Shown: positions 13,823-27,848, numbered from the stretch's first letter. The stretch is 64,000 nt of DNA from Octopus vulgaris (GCA_951406725.2 OX597823.1:66774001-66838000), one strand, 5' to 3'. Translations and numbers: made by a program. The notes: generated by a model not told the origin, from the sequence alone.

Positions 13823-16450
13823 AGTATGTTGCAATATTTATAAGCTGTAAGTGATATTTCAATCAGGCCAGTGAAACATGTACATGTTCCCTCGTTGGTG
13901 CTTAAATTACTGGAGTTATTTAGAATTGTGTATCAATGTAATGTTGCGATTCCTTGGAACGTTTCCACACTCTACGATTTAATCTTCAAGGTTACCATGA
14001 ATCCCAGAATCATTACATTTCTATGGATGCATTTTATTTTCTTCGTTTACCAAATGCTAATTTCTCTCCGCACGTGAAGAGTAGATTAACAGACATTAAC
14101 CGATTCATGTATCCATGCAAACTTCTCTTTATTGTTCGGGACAACAAACAAGAGCTCTGAAATGTTGTTGTAAGTTTGTTTTGTTGAAGCACAAAGTAAT
14201 AAAGTGATACTCAACCGGTAATCTCGCAAACACTGGAGATATTTTTTTTATCTATAAGGAATATAACTAAGATAATAAAATCGTAGCTTTCATTTATTCT
14301 TGCCAAGCAGCAGAATTCTATCTGCGATATATCGCAAATCGTCGTGCAATATAGGAGAATATTTGTTGCAATATATCAAACATGTTCATGTTCAGGGCAT
14401 TTTTGTTCATGATATACCACATTGGCCGAAGATATATATGGGAATGTTACATGCGATATACGAAATCAACACCAATGATACTTGTGTTATACTTGGTGGA
14501 ATTTATAAGCAAAGTAGAAAGTTTGTTTCGTGGTAGAAGCGTCGCGATTGGATGAGACGCAGTATTTGTTTTGATCCTCTGTCTCCCAGATCAAATTCTG
14601 CTGAGGCTAGTTTTATCGTTCGTTCTTCCGGCGCCGATTAAATTATGTACTAATTCAAATGTTATGCATTAGCAGGACTGTAAGAATTTAGTATTATATG
14701 CCTTGCGGTATTTCTTCCCTCTTTCTGCGCTCTGAGTCAAATTCCGCTTCAGTGGCTGATAATCACTCTCACGAACCCCTTACCTTCGAGCAACGTGCAG
14801 GGTGTAGACAAATCCTCGAAACAAAGACCAAAAACAAATATATGATGCTAGGGAGAGCCGAGAAAGTGGATCCTCGAACAGAATTATTAAATGCCCTACT
14901 AAATGAATGGAGTTTATTTGCTCACGTCTTCAAATATAAAGTGTCTAATGACTAATGGTTCATAAAGCACAACTACAAAAGATGAAGTGCAGCGAGAATA
15001 ATTTGAGTGTTATTAAGCTGTTTTTATTTTACCGAGATATATTAACCAGAGGCATCGTTGTCAGCATTGTAAGCTGACACAGCACTAATCAGTGGCTTTA
15101 GATTTTCGTTGATGCATATTTTACAAAAAACAAAATTAAATATCAGCAGAAAAAAATGCTAATTAATCAATCAATATTACGAAGGAAACCGTGAACCATC
15201 GATTAAATTTCAATGTTTTCCTTTGCAATTCTATCCCTGAACAAAATCTATGAGGAGGTGCATGTCATAGTTGAATTATTCATAATCAAAATAAGGAAAT
15301 GAAGTTAAAATATTGGTTGTAATGGACATTTTCACCTGCATTATATCTAACTATACATGCATACAACCATATATACATACACGCACGCACACAAATATGC
15401 TCTCACATATGTGTGTGAGCGTGTGTGTGTGTGTGAGTATGTGTGAGAGAGAGAGAGAGAGTTGGAAAATTCAATGAACGCTGAGTGACTAATGGCTGAT
15501 AAAGATTAAAATATCTATGCATTAATTCTTCATTAGATCTCTAATTTCCACTGCGTGTCTCAAATAGGAGTGTGGTGTTGAATAAGCACACATGCTGATT
15601 ACAGGCAAAATAAAAGATTTGTCTAAGAGCAATAGCGAACCGCCCCTGAAGCCTGTTCATTTACATTTCTCATTCACATAATTAGCTTATTATCACGGAA
15701 TCGTTATTTTAATCCACAACGTAACAACAAAGTGTAATTTCATGAAGACACTTTTGTTATTTCGTTCAATTCACATTACGCATTAGTAATAATTCTGCAT
15801 TTGCTTTTAAGAAAAGTGGTCTTCAAAATTGTAGCTGATTGATGCAGCAACCAAATCAGACAATAATCTTATATAAAATGCTTATTGATGATGCTGTCCT
15901 GAATAATGTAGTTACTCTTTATATATAAGACACAATCATTCACACATTTACTTATATTCTTCATAATGGCTACCAACTGTACGTAATAAACTGCATTCCC
16001 ACGATTACGACAGATGTGATTTCTCTTTGGTGACCGTAGGAATTAATTCACTATTAAAGAAAAGCTTTTTCGATTAGATAAATGGGGTGTGTTTGCATTC
16101 ATAAGAATGCAGCTAATTCTAACGCCTCTTCCTAACAATTTAAATTTCTCCATAATCTCATACTAAACACTTCAGATTTTCCTGCAATTAACCCCAGCTG
16201 GCGTGGTTGGTGTCTGAAGCCGTTCTGCGATGGAAACTTTTAACTTGATGGAATGAACTTCGAAATATACTTGCAAATATTCTCCCATAAAGATGTCTAT
16301 ATATGCATTTATGAATACGAAAACAACAAGAGAAACAAATGGGAAACTGAACAAGTAACATAAAGAACGGCCCTTTATCAATTGCCGGCTGTTCAGCTAC
16401 TCCTCCAAAGTCTTGTGTGATATGATAGACGAAAGCTGAAAGAAGCCCGG

Positions 16451-16495
<45 letters not shown>

Positions 16496-16739
16496 ACACA
16501 CATATATATATGTATATATATGCATATATATGCTCGTGTGTGTACAAATACGTATATATACATACACACACAATATATGCATACACGCAAACACAAACAT
16601 GCGCACACATACGCATGCACACACGCACACGAATGCACACACCTAACACTCACAACCCCACACATACGCACATACAATCACACACGCACACATACACACT
16701 GCAAACAAAACACACACATGCACGCGCACACACATACTT

Positions 16740-17244
16740 CAAACTAACAGTACCTTCCACTAATCATTCTTCTACGATCATGGGTAGGTAGAGACACAAG
16801 AGCCATTCCTACTATCATCCTTATATGACTTTAAACGATACTAAGCTCAACCACAAACATAGATTAACAGCCACAACCACACACGCATACACAGACACGT
16901 GCTATCATTACACACACACACACAGACCTGCGCGGACGTACATATCCACACATACACACACATACCTCTTTCTCTTGCATTCTCCTGTCTTTGAAAGAAC
17001 TGTTTCTTCACCCATTCCCTTCCGGTCATTCAATATGTGACCGCGTGCATATCGTTGGCGATTTTTTTTACTCCGTCTTCCCTTCCTTGAATCTTTCCTT
17101 TTCCTATGTTTCTGACGAAAAGCTCCGCTCGAAACGTTAAATCCTCCTTCTTTCTTTATTTTCCTGGGCCTCCAATAACTCTATACTTGTTCCAAGTCCT
17201 CGCGTTGTTGTGTCTTCTCTTTGTGTTTTCATGTTTGGATTAAC

Positions 17245-17245
<1 letters not shown>
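16740..17245 (+). mobile_element. PLE 3' remnant / pseudo-LTR with hammerhead
   Basis: Weak GIY-YIG-like C-terminus (ETQEPFLLSSL.. then TLNDTKLN after a frameshift), CA-rich tract, HHR at 17108-17142, ending at (TA)n. Confidence 0.5.
17108..17142 (+). ncRNA. Minimal type I hammerhead ribozyme motif
   Basis: ttt-CTGACGA-a-aagc-tcc-gctc-GAAAC-GTT-aaa. Intact core and palindromic stem III (AACGTT); one mismatch at the base of stem II. Confidence 0.65.
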
Positions 17246-17321
<76 letters not shown>

Positions 17322-18657
17322 ACACACGTATGTATATTTATGGCTATATAGATAGATAGAAAGACAGACAGGGTGACACACGAACAGAGGAAGAGATAGA
17401 TAAATATCACTATAGATATAGATATTAATATTGATATATCGTTATTTTTCTCGAACATTCCCAGAGAAATATTCTCAACTGCCGATAGCTAGAAAATATT
17501 TGAAAATATTTGCGAATTCTTTAGTTAAACAACGCTTGCATTTTCTCAAAACATTGAAATCTGATGTATTTCTGAACAGAATTCTTTCAAGCACATACGA
17601 AAACTTGGTTTCGAAGTTTCTAAATAATCTCGCACAGAGATTCAGAATTTTCTCTATTCCTTGATCTAAAATTGTACAGGTGTTAATGCTAGAGGCTTTT
17701 AAGATTTACTTGTAATTTTTTTTTTTGCTATCATCGTGGGTTGTTGCGTGTGCGCGTTGTTCGACTTCTTTAGAAAGAAAGAACGTTCTATGTGAACATT
17801 TGTATTTGTTTCAACAGTTTTAAGTCAGCTGATATAGTATTGGAAAAAACATGGATGACAGTTTACGACTGTAGAATATCGAGTAGGAAGCGATGTTGAA
17901 CAGGCAGGAATAGTTGACTCTTAGGTTATTTGCTTTGTAGATTAAAACTGTTTTGAACTACTCTACCTATGTTTATGGTTAGTATTTATTTGGTAATATT
18001 TTTGCTCAATCAAGATTGATCCTTACCTAAATAAAAATAACAATAGTGGAACATATTGCATTTGGGAGTGTGGGATAGAGGAGAAGTACCTATAGATAAG
18101 TGTATATAATGGCATGAATCTAATCCAAGTATATTAGATGATGTGCTGTGATTTGAAAATGAACATTTATCTACAACATGTAAAAGCGTGTTAGCATGAA
18201 GATGGTTCATGAAATTCTGACGTTCATTTTGCTTAACCGCATTTCAATCATCTCTGAATAGACCTATGATCAAATGCATTCAAATCTGCACCATAATGCA
18301 TACATAGTACTATCTAGCAATACTTCATCTAAATCATTTTTCTTTTCAAAATTATACGATAGTATCCTGAGGGGATTTTGACTGCTGTTTCAAGCAGGTC
18401 AAGAGGTCACGTACATGATTCCTTGATAACGCCTATTACTTTAATTTACTGTGATATAGCACCAAATTGCGTATGGAAAACAATACACTTATTGAATCTG
18501 TTGCTACAGATTTATATAGCAGGCATCAAACATGAATATACAGATTATAAAAGTTGCGGAAACAAAGTTCATTACCCCTTTGTCTTGTCACATTACTATT
18601 GCTAAATACGGGCCATAATTCTTCGTCACATGACAATATAATTGATGGTATATATAT

Positions 18658-18721
<64 letters not shown>

Positions 18722-19690
18722 TACATCCTTTTAATTTTGCAGCGGTTTCAGATGGATGGACGACAGCATGGATTTGCACATGAAGCCTACAATTATGATA
18801 AAGTAGATGATCAAAGTAAGCTGAGGACAGCTAGATATGCAACGATATAAACATAGATTTTGATGTATATTAACATGTTTTTATAAGCATGATAATTGTA
18901 TCATTGATCACATACTTTTGACAGAGGTTCTCACAAACTGACATTCTGTTTTTGCTATATATTATTATTACTACATTAGCCCAAAGTAAAATCAGATTTG
19001 TCCTAACAGCTGCTTTGCTAACTACAGGAAAATCACGAGTAAAATTAATCATACCTTTTATATTCATAGGAGTATGTACATATGTGTGTGCAACTGTGTG
19101 AATTTGCATACATGTATATGCACAAAGAGTGAGTTCGAAAGAGAGGGTGGTATAAATATATATGTGGATATATATATGCGGAAAGAGGCTGAGTAAACGC
19201 ACACACACGCACACACATACACACACACACATACACACACACACATACACACACACATACACACACATACATGCGCGCGCAGCCACTTTCTTTTGTCGAA
19301 ACCGTTAATCCGTACTCATTTTTTTCTCCCACCGTTTTGTTTTCGCTCTCTCTCCATTTGTTCCTCTTAACCCTTTCTTATGTGTAGATTTAAGTCCCTA
19401 TATATGGATTCATCAAATTCGGTGGTACTCATAAAAAATGCTCCTTAATATAGCATTCTACAAAGCATAGGATAGAAAAGAAAAATTAATGGAGTATATA
19501 AAATTATACTATAAAATTTATTTTACCATAAGAAATTTTATCATAGTATATTTCTCTCGTTCTGTACAATTATATATATATTGTTATATTTCAGGAAAGT
19601 CATGATTTGTTGTTTGTTGCCAAATAAACACACCCATTATATATTCGTTCGTCACTCGTTTATCACTGTTCTTATTTTAACTGATGTCCT

Positions 19691-19735
19691 TGTCCGGAAA
19701 TCTTTCGTCACAAATCTGTGACCTCTTCAGCGACA
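19691..19735 (-). ncRNA. Type I hammerhead ribozyme motif (left arm)
   Basis: Minus strand: tgtcg-CTGAAGA-g-gtcaca-gatt-tgtgac-GAAAG-AT-TTC-cggaca. Perfect 6-bp stem II, UUC triplet, bulged stem I. Confidence 0.65.
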
Positions 19736-19807
19736 CTTCCTGCCCTCCTGTATCCTAGAAGGACGGAATAGAGTAAGCGGTGCAGGAGGGTACGGGCGGA
19801 AGGAAAG

Positions 19808-19852
19808 TGTCGCTGAAGAGGTCACAGATATGTGGCGAAAGATTTTCGGACA
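19808..19852 (+). ncRNA. Type I hammerhead ribozyme motif (right arm)
   Basis: tgtcg-CTGAAGA-g-gtcaca-gata-tgtggc-GAAAG-AT-TTT-cggaca. Stem II is kept through a U-G wobble. Confidence 0.6.
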
Positions 19853-20224
19853 ATGGATATCAGTTAAATTAAGAACAGTAATAAACGAGTGAAGAACGAG
19901 CTAAAATATGTACCAAGGTGAGTGCGATCGACTAAAGCCTTTATAAAAATGTCAGCAACGTGCAGATCGAAAATGCTTACAAAACAAAAAATGCATGACT
20001 ACATGTAGAAAAATAGCTAGACATATTGTGGGCCAATGTCACTTTTATATAATCATAAATAAATAAAATCAAAAGAAAGTATCCCAAAGAAACCATTTGC
20101 AGGAATCTGAGCCATTTTTCATCTGCAAACAAGCTGAGCTTGTATTCTGCAATGTAGGAGATTGGAACATTTATGCATAATTGTTGATTGATTGCAACAA
20201 ATATCGAAGTCTCACTTAATGGAA

Positions 20225-20432
20225 CCAGCTTCCAGAATTGTTACCGCGCTGGATAAAATACTTAGCAGCATTTATTCCAGTTTTACGCCCGGAGTTCAAA
20301 TCCCACCGAGATTAAGCATACCTTCCATTCCTTTCGGATTGATAACATAAGTATCAAAATCAAGTACTGAGTTCGATATACTCGGCTTGCCCCTATCCCC
20401 TACAATTACAGGCTTTGAATTTGTAGTAGAAA
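20225..20432 (+). mobile_element. SINE family A, diverged copy
   Basis: Contains gagttcaaatcccaccgag and ccttccattcctttcggattgataa. Confidence 0.6.
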
Positions 20433-20879
20433 CAATGGAGTTCCAACTCCTTTGTATGGGTATTTGGAATTTCTTGAGATTCACTTCACTCCTTGAGACG
20501 TCTCCAAGTTTTTATTTTTTTCGTCTATCAGTCCGAATGAAAATTTTCCAAATAATTAAGAAATTATTCTATGTGCCAATCATTTCACCAATCTTCAAAT
20601 TGAACATACATACGCGAATGTATGTGTGCGCGCGCGCGTGTATATGTGTGAATGTACGTGTGTGCGTATAATATAATATATAGTGAATATTAATGCTGAA
20701 TGACTTTTCATCTTCTATTTGTGTTTCTTAAACTCTGCGAAAACAATCCACCGAAATATAGAAATAATATAATTTTCAGTAATGTACGTGTAAATTCAAT
20801 ATCCTTCACCTAAAATTACTACCAATGTATTTCTCGAACGTGACACACTCGAAAAAAAACCTGGATGTGATTTGTTTTA

Positions 20880-21210
20880 CTTTTCATTTAACAAGACGGG
20901 TAAATAATCTCCCTCAAACTAAGGAAGTGCCTCAATAGAAAATGATGTGGTGTTTACAACCTAAATTACACGAGAAACGTAATTATACCAAACACATCTG
21001 TTAAAGCTTTAGTAAGTATGGTTGTTAAAGCCGAATATTTTACAGGTTTCTTCTCAACGTATGTCTACAATTACTTTCTACGCATATATTATATCTCTTA
21101 TACGAAGCCAGTGCTATGTTCTATGTATCTCTGAACATAATTCTGCTGCAGCAATCTTGGCATCATTAAGTAATGCGTTTCTTAACATCAGTATGTCATT
21201 CATTTGTTTC
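20880..21210 (-). pseudogene. Possible very old Tc1-like transposase remnant
   Basis: Minus-strand pieces LRNALLNDAKIAAAELCSEI, RHTLRRNL and HIIF resemble the Tc1 HTH region and the start of the catalytic domain. Weak. Confidence 0.25.
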
Positions 21211-22114
21211 TGTTTTGGACAAGTAAGAAGAGGATATACACTATCACGAAAAACTTTAAGAATTTCTGCTTTTCTGCAGCTATGATTCCTTTCATTCCAA
21301 TTTTACATAATCATGAAAACGGATGAACTTGCTGAAGTTATTCTATCCTATTACATAACAGACTTTCCCTTTCGTTTATGAAAAATATATACAACGAATA
21401 CGTCTTGCGTAATATGCGTGGGAACCCTATAGAATGATTATTGAGATATAGCGAATATAAACTGCTTAGGTTTAGTTTCAAGGGAAAACAGCTAATTCTG
21501 CATTCTACCATTATTTTTGCTCTGTGTACTAATAACTATGAACTAGCATTCAGTTGGAAGAATCAATGTATGTTCGATAGGCTAAACGTCTTATCCCGAA
21601 GTTGAAGCTAAAGCTTGGGTGATATCTCATCCGATTGACACTTCACGAAGAAAAGCCGCTGCATTTTTCCTATGATAAGCGAAAAGATTAACTTCTTTCG
21701 CTATAATACCTTTTGTACAAGAAAACCTCGCTTTACTTCTGCTAAATACGTTATAATACCTCTAATAAAAACCCGAAACAAGAAATCACCCTGATCCAAT
21801 CAGCACGCATATTATGTTAATAGTATTCTACTGGGAAAAGATTGCACCGAAAAAAAATAATTGTTTCTAATTTCCAAATATTCGCAACATTCAAGAAAGA
21901 GATAAATTGAATGGCAGCAATTTCCGATAGATCAATGAAATTGGGACCAAATATAAGAAATTAGCAGAGACACCAACTATTTCTTCACATTCTTCTTCTG
22001 ATTTGTTTTTAAATATTGTTTCTTTTATCCCAGCTTAAAAGCAATCAAGCAACATCAAAATGTCTGTCAATTTCTTTATGTAAGGTTTAACACATTCATT
22101 CCAAACGTATATAA

Positions 22115-22211
<97 letters not shown>

Positions 22212-22558
22212 GACGCATACATATATGTACACACCACACGTGCACGGGCGCACAGTGTAAACTATTTGCTTTTGAATGACGTTTACAGGTTACAGAAAGT
22301 TTGTCCCACAACACACCGTACGCTGCTCCTCCTGGTTTCTTGTACATATAACGTTTTCCGATAGGATATTGTTGTTTATGAAGACGTGTATACATTTGGA
22401 AGTGAATTACATAAGTCTTTATTGGGAACGAACATACTGTGAGCTTGAAATGAATATAACAACTGTTAATTAATTCAATCACAGTTCACTGGACACATGG
22501 TGTCACAAAATGAATTAAACAGAGAACTACATTCACATAAACGCACATTCTCTCTCGT

Positions 22559-22589
<31 letters not shown>

Positions 22590-22905
22590 ACACACGCGCA
22601 CACTCCCACACACATACACAAATATATGCATTGATATATGTTATTATAAATATATGTATGACAATGGTTTCCTGAAAACAGTGACTACGCGAAACCAAAC
22701 TTGAAAACATGACATTATGAAAGTACTTCCAGATACTACCTTTATACGTGACATGAATGGGAAAACCAGCAGACATTGTATTACACTATGGTACAAACTA
22801 ACAAACAAAGATGAATAGATACATTTTGATGGATCGAAAGTATACTGGTGTAACATTAAGAAAACAACACTGCAGCACAATTGAAGCACAACCAGCCTTG
22901 ATATT

Positions 22906-23299
22906 CTTTTCTATTCTAGGCACAAGGCCCAAAATGTTTGGGGAGGAGGCCAGTCGATTAGATCGACCCAGTGCGGAACTGGTGCTTAATTTACCGGCCC
23001 CGAAATGATGAAAGACACAGTCGACCACGGCGAAATTTGAACTCAACGTAAAGACAGAGGAAATACCTATTTCTTTATTACCCAAAAGGGGCTAAACACA
23101 GAGGGGACAAACAAGGACAGAAATAGGTATTAAGGCGATTACATCGACCCCAGTGCGTTACTGGTACTTAATTTATCGACCCCGAAAAGATGAAAGGCAA
23201 AGTCGACCTCGGCGGAATTTGAACTCACAACGTAACGCAGACGAAATACCGCTAAGCATTTCGCCTAGCGTGCTAACGTTTCTGCCAGCTCACCACCTT
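22906..23299 (-). mobile_element. Dimeric SINE family A inserted as one unit
   Basis: Two tandem copies of the B-box/core region, flanked by a roughly 17-bp TSD: caaccagccttgatatt (22889-22905) and caagcggccttgacatt (23300-23316). Confidence 0.85.
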
Positions 23300-23320
23300 C
23301 AAGCGGCCTTGACATTGTAA

Positions 23321-23458
23321 AGGCGCATGGCCTAGTGATTTGGATGTTGCATCCACGATCTCTAAACGCAGTTTCTATTCCTCACCGAATCTTGTGTTGT
23401 ATCATTGAGCAAGCCACTTAATTTCACTTTGCTCTATGCTACTCAGCTGTAAATGAGA
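23321..23458 (+). mobile_element. Diverged tRNA-derived SINE (aggcgcatggcctagtg head, CORE-like ttgagcaagccactt)
   Basis: A-box head followed by gtgttgtatcattgagcaagccacttaatttcac and ctcagctgtaaatgag. Confidence 0.6.
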
Positions 23459-25059
23459 AACGCTGCCATTCTGTTCAACAGGAATGGTATGCTCTCGGTT
23501 ACCTATACGCCGTAGAAGACAAATAACCGATCCTTTGAGTCCAAGAACTCTAAACAATGTATGATGTTCGGTGATCTCAAAATGCAAACATTTTTGTTGT
23601 GAAATTCAGCTGCTCACTTGCTCCATATGCCAAGAAAATATAGGAGAAAAAGTGAAATATTCATGGACCGCTGAGAAGCTTGCTACTCCAGTACTCAAAA
23701 TACACTTACATTTTATATAAAGTCAGGAGGTATGAGATGATTATATTTATTTCATCAGTTGAACAAAGATACAACTGCAATGAACCTCATTTCTGTAATC
23801 CTTAACCTACGGAAGAACATGATGTTTAGAACAATAAAACTATGCAACACCTTCTTGAAATTTAAAGGATGAATAAATAATTGTGAGAATGATGACAAAG
23901 AAGACACGAAACATTTCTTTTAAACTCTGCCTCCGAAGCATTCTCAAGAAAATAAGCTCTCAGACTTCCGTCAAGATGTATATAAATTCACACACACGCA
24001 TACATAGACATATGGATATGCGTGTGTGTGTGTGTGCGTGCGAACGCATGTATGTGTGTATGTGCATGTATGTATTTCTACATATACATATGTATGTTTT
24101 TATATGTGTGCCTGTACATATATATATTGATAGATAGATAGATATATATGTATGTATGTATGTATATGTGTCGCATCAGTAAATATGTCCAATAATACAA
24201 ATTCTATTCTTATTTTCGGAAGAAAACAGGTCTTTTGATGCTATTAGATATGAAATTAGCTTCCATGTATAGGATTTCTTTCGCTAAAGCATATGCGTGC
24301 TTAGATTTCTGATTCAAAGCTATGCCATCCGACACATTGAATAGCAAATCTCCTCATTTACATTGATCTTGATTCCTTGATATATTCCTATTTCTATAAG
24401 GAATTATATAAGCCGTTTCCAAATGCGTATACAACTTCACATGTAAAAAACATTATTTCAGTAAACGTGACATTTACAGGTAAATACGAATAGAAATAAA
24501 TGGAACATTATACGAGAGATATAGTGTTGCATGTAAATAAGTGTCATCCAACGACGGCAAGTTATACGTAATGTGTATGTGTTTACATTTTTATCGAAAA
24601 TGAAATTAGCTTGTTCTTAATGCATGTTGGGGCACTGATTCCAACGATCCCTTTTCCCCTTACCACACATAGCTTTAATTTCTCTTATATCTTACTGTGA
24701 CGTATTATGTATTATCTTTTTTTTACAAAATCCGTTTATGGCTTGAATCGAAGAAACACAGAATATATTTCTTTCATTTCTACATTATTAATTTTTGCCT
24801 TAATTTTCTTGTTATATATCCTGTGAGACACACTTGCCGTTGCATCATATTCACTCGAAATCTTCCACAAAGCTAGCAATTCTAGGGAAAAGAGAAAATC
24901 GTCATAAAATATAAGTTATACATGGTGTACAAAATGCTGATGCAATCTTCCTGATGTAGTTGAACTTACTTGCAGGGTCAACTGAAAACCGTCACTACTC
25001 ATCTAGAACATTAAGAGACCGTGGCCTTCTCCACTGTCATTCTCACACCCACACTTAGA

Positions 25060-25240
25060 GTGTTCATATGCTTTGCCGCCATTTTCAACAACTTTCACCT
25101 AGCTTACTATAAATTTACGCGAGAGCACCTCCCTCTGCATTCCCTGTCCCTTTAACGAGTATTCGTCTATATAGACTCAGCTGCTTCCAGGACTCGTCCA
25201 ATACACAACAGTAGATGTTCGGCATAACAAAAGACAATAA
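25060..25240 (-). pseudogene. Tx1/L1-like LINE ORF2 C-terminal remnant
   Basis: Minus-strand peptides EHLLLCIGRVLEAAESI and QREVLSRKF; the second resembles the C-terminus seen at 29030-29150. Confidence 0.35.
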
Positions 25241-25334
25241 AATTACAAAATATATGCATATAATCAAATAAGTAAATGAGTATATATGTGATGACATTTT
25301 CTTGCATGTACTTTTGAATGTGTACACATAGTCG

Positions 25335-25386
<52 letters not shown>

Positions 25387-25929
25387 GGTGCAGGTGTAGA
25401 AATAAGCATAGGCGCTGTATGGCTGAATATTTAACAACTGGATTTGCAAACACGGGAATCTGGATATCTATCCCTCTGCGAGGTTCCTTGAGCAAATGTA
25501 ATTTTCTCAGCATTTAGTTCCGCCCCATGTCTTTGTGCGTGAAATTGGGATGATAGAAAACATTATAGAAGACCGTTGTAGGGATTGTTCCTGTTATTAA
25601 ATTGGTACCATCTCGTCATATATTTTATCAACCCGACTTTGACAGGGAATCACTTTAAGGATGCACGTAACATTCACAAGCTCAGCCAATTACACGGTAA
25701 TTCAGGAGCAGGTAATTCACTTGGTCGAACAACCGAGTCTTCATCGTGTAAAGACGGAGCTCCACCATTTATATTAAGATAGTTATATATATATAAATAT
25801 ATATATATGTACATATATATGTGAGTGTGTGTATGTGTGTGTGTGCGCCCGCGTGTGTGTATGTGTGTGTTTGGGAACACAACTATAAATCAATAAATGA
25901 ACGAAATGTCAGAGATGATGTCCTTTGTT

Positions 25930-26620
25930 TTGTTATTAACATCAACTCAGGCTTTATCTTACAGATTTATGATCAAAGGCATTTCAAATCTAATTTATTT
26001 TATACTATTTTGTAATAGTAATTATTTCTCTTTTCATTTTTTTTTATTTTTTTGATACGGTATAATTTGAAAGAAATTTCGGAATTTTGCTAATATTTCC
26101 ACCAAGTTGTGCGACAGTACACAGAAACCCATATTGGGTTAGTTAGGTAATGAAATTCTAATTGTCGTTGCTGCATTTTTACCTCGGGGTCACATCTCCT
26201 GTAACAAGCCTATAACCAAAGAAAATCCTATTAATACTATCCTGTCTATTTGTGAAGGGAAACCTAGAACACGTTACCCAACATGCCGCTACTAATACGG
26301 CATGTTGTCAGCCGAAGTGGATTTGATTGTGGTTTCCAGCAAGTTGAAAGACCACCAGTGACCCTCTCACTAGCTTATTGTATAATATTCTTTGTTATGT
26401 TATTGTCATGAAACCACGGGTCAGCTCTGTTCAAGCAGATCTGTGATAAAAGACGTTACCCTGTAGTTAGGATTATACCATCTCCATCCTAAATACACAG
26501 GACCCATGAGCATTTACTATTGTCTTTATTTATGAGGCTAAGATGTGAGTTGGGTGAGGTTTAGCTATGATAATTAGCAGATCGAGCGACCACTAACATA
26601 CACGCTCTCTCGTTCACGCA
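25930..26620 (+). repeat. Cluster of about three decayed copies of an old dispersed repeat
   Basis: Recurring motifs (cagg.cagc...cagac/ttatgatcaaaggcattc ... gatttg.ctg.tatttc.agca.gt.gagcgac). Related pieces occur near 1530, 18230, 45090, 45530, 48045, 52860 and 59505, and reversed near 8520-8830 and 51900-52190. Confidence 0.5.
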
Positions 26621-26875
26621 TAGTTGTACTGCTAGTTATTGTTGTTGTTGTTAAGCAACAAGACGGGTAAGGGTGATTAGGTGATGGTCTGGGGCTTAGG
26701 GGCGAGAGACCCCAGACCTTAGAAAAAAAAAACTTTGGTCACCTTGTTGTAGTTGAGGGCTCTTCGTTGACGCCCGACACCACCGGGAGGTGGCCCTCAA
26801 AGTCGCTTGAAATGGAGATCTCAAGGTCCAAATTCTTGAACGGCTGTAGTGCTAGTATATTAATAACGGCGATTA

Positions 26876-27088
26876 AGGCGGCGAGCTGGCAGAAACGTTA
26901 GCACGTCGGGCGAAATGCTTAGCGGTATTTCGTCTGCCGTTACGTTTTGAGTTCAAATTCCGCCGAGGTCGACTTTGCCTTTCATCCTTTCGGGGTCGAT
27001 AAATTAAGTACCAGTAACGCACTGGGGGGCGATGTCTGTCCTTGTTTGTCCCCTCTATGTTTAGCCCCTTGTGGGTAATAAAGAAATA
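26876..27088 (+). mobile_element. SINE family A, young copy with 18-bp TSD
   Basis: Runs from aggcggcgagctggcagaaacgttagc to gtaataaagaaata. TSD is tatattaataacggcgat (26856-26873) / tatattaatgacggcgat (27087-27104). Confidence 0.92.
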
Positions 27089-27159
27089 TATTAATGACGG
27101 CGATATTCATGATAATGACAGCTCTACAAGTAAATGCCGTGTTGTAGTTGTTATTGATA

Positions 27160-27370
27160 TTGATGGTGGTGGTGGTGGTTTTGATGGCTTTAGTCTGGCT
27201 TTGGAGATGGTGGAGGTAGTGCTGCTTTTCGTGGTTTTCATGGTGGTGGTGGTGGTCGTCGTCGTCGTTGTGGTGGTCCTGGTGATTGAGATGGTAGTGG
27301 TACTTCTGCTACTGCTGCTGCTGCTGCTGGTGTTTACGGTGGTCTGTGGTGGTGGCGGCGGCGGTGCCGA
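27160..27370. repeat. Degenerate (GGT)n/(GCT)n trinucleotide tract
   Basis: Directly visible; it produces the poly-V/L/T ORFs. Confidence 0.85.
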
Positions 27371-27837
27371 AAGTGCCATAGTCCAAGTATTTACATGTAA
27401 TAAGGACGATTTAGCAGCAACTTCGACTACAATGTTGAGTGTGTTAAACCAACGGAAATATTTCAGTCACTAGGAAAAAATTTATTACGCTGAACTAAAT
27501 ATATTGATCTATTTTTGTTTCTGTTTTTATTCCTTCTCTAAATAAAAACCAAATACTAAATCAATGAAAAAATATATTAACTAATAAAATCAATACAAAA
27601 ATGTTGTGCTAAATCAAAATGAATATTTCATTCTTTTATTAGATAGAATCTAAATTAATCAGCAGTAATGTTTAAATTTCACAGACTGTTCCTAACATAT
27701 TTTATAGTTTATTATACAAAAATCATTTATCCTTGCAATAATTTTCACACTGCAAAAGCCAAAATAAATTTTTTAAGAATCGTAAACTAAAAACGTGAAA
27801 TTAAAAGGATTAAAAACGTAGCAACCAATGTAATATA

Positions 27838-27848
27838 CAACAACAACA

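Larger units (their letters stand above)
19645..19899. repeat. Imperfect inverted repeat (arms of about 110 bp), each arm carrying a hammerhead motif
   Basis: 19645-19752 is the reverse complement of about 19781-19899, with scattered substitutions and an indel. Confidence 0.9.

Noticed and set aside
17990-18190. Possible additional R4-like remnant
   Set aside because: Only a faint WHE..P..LD..L-type trace; too weak to call.
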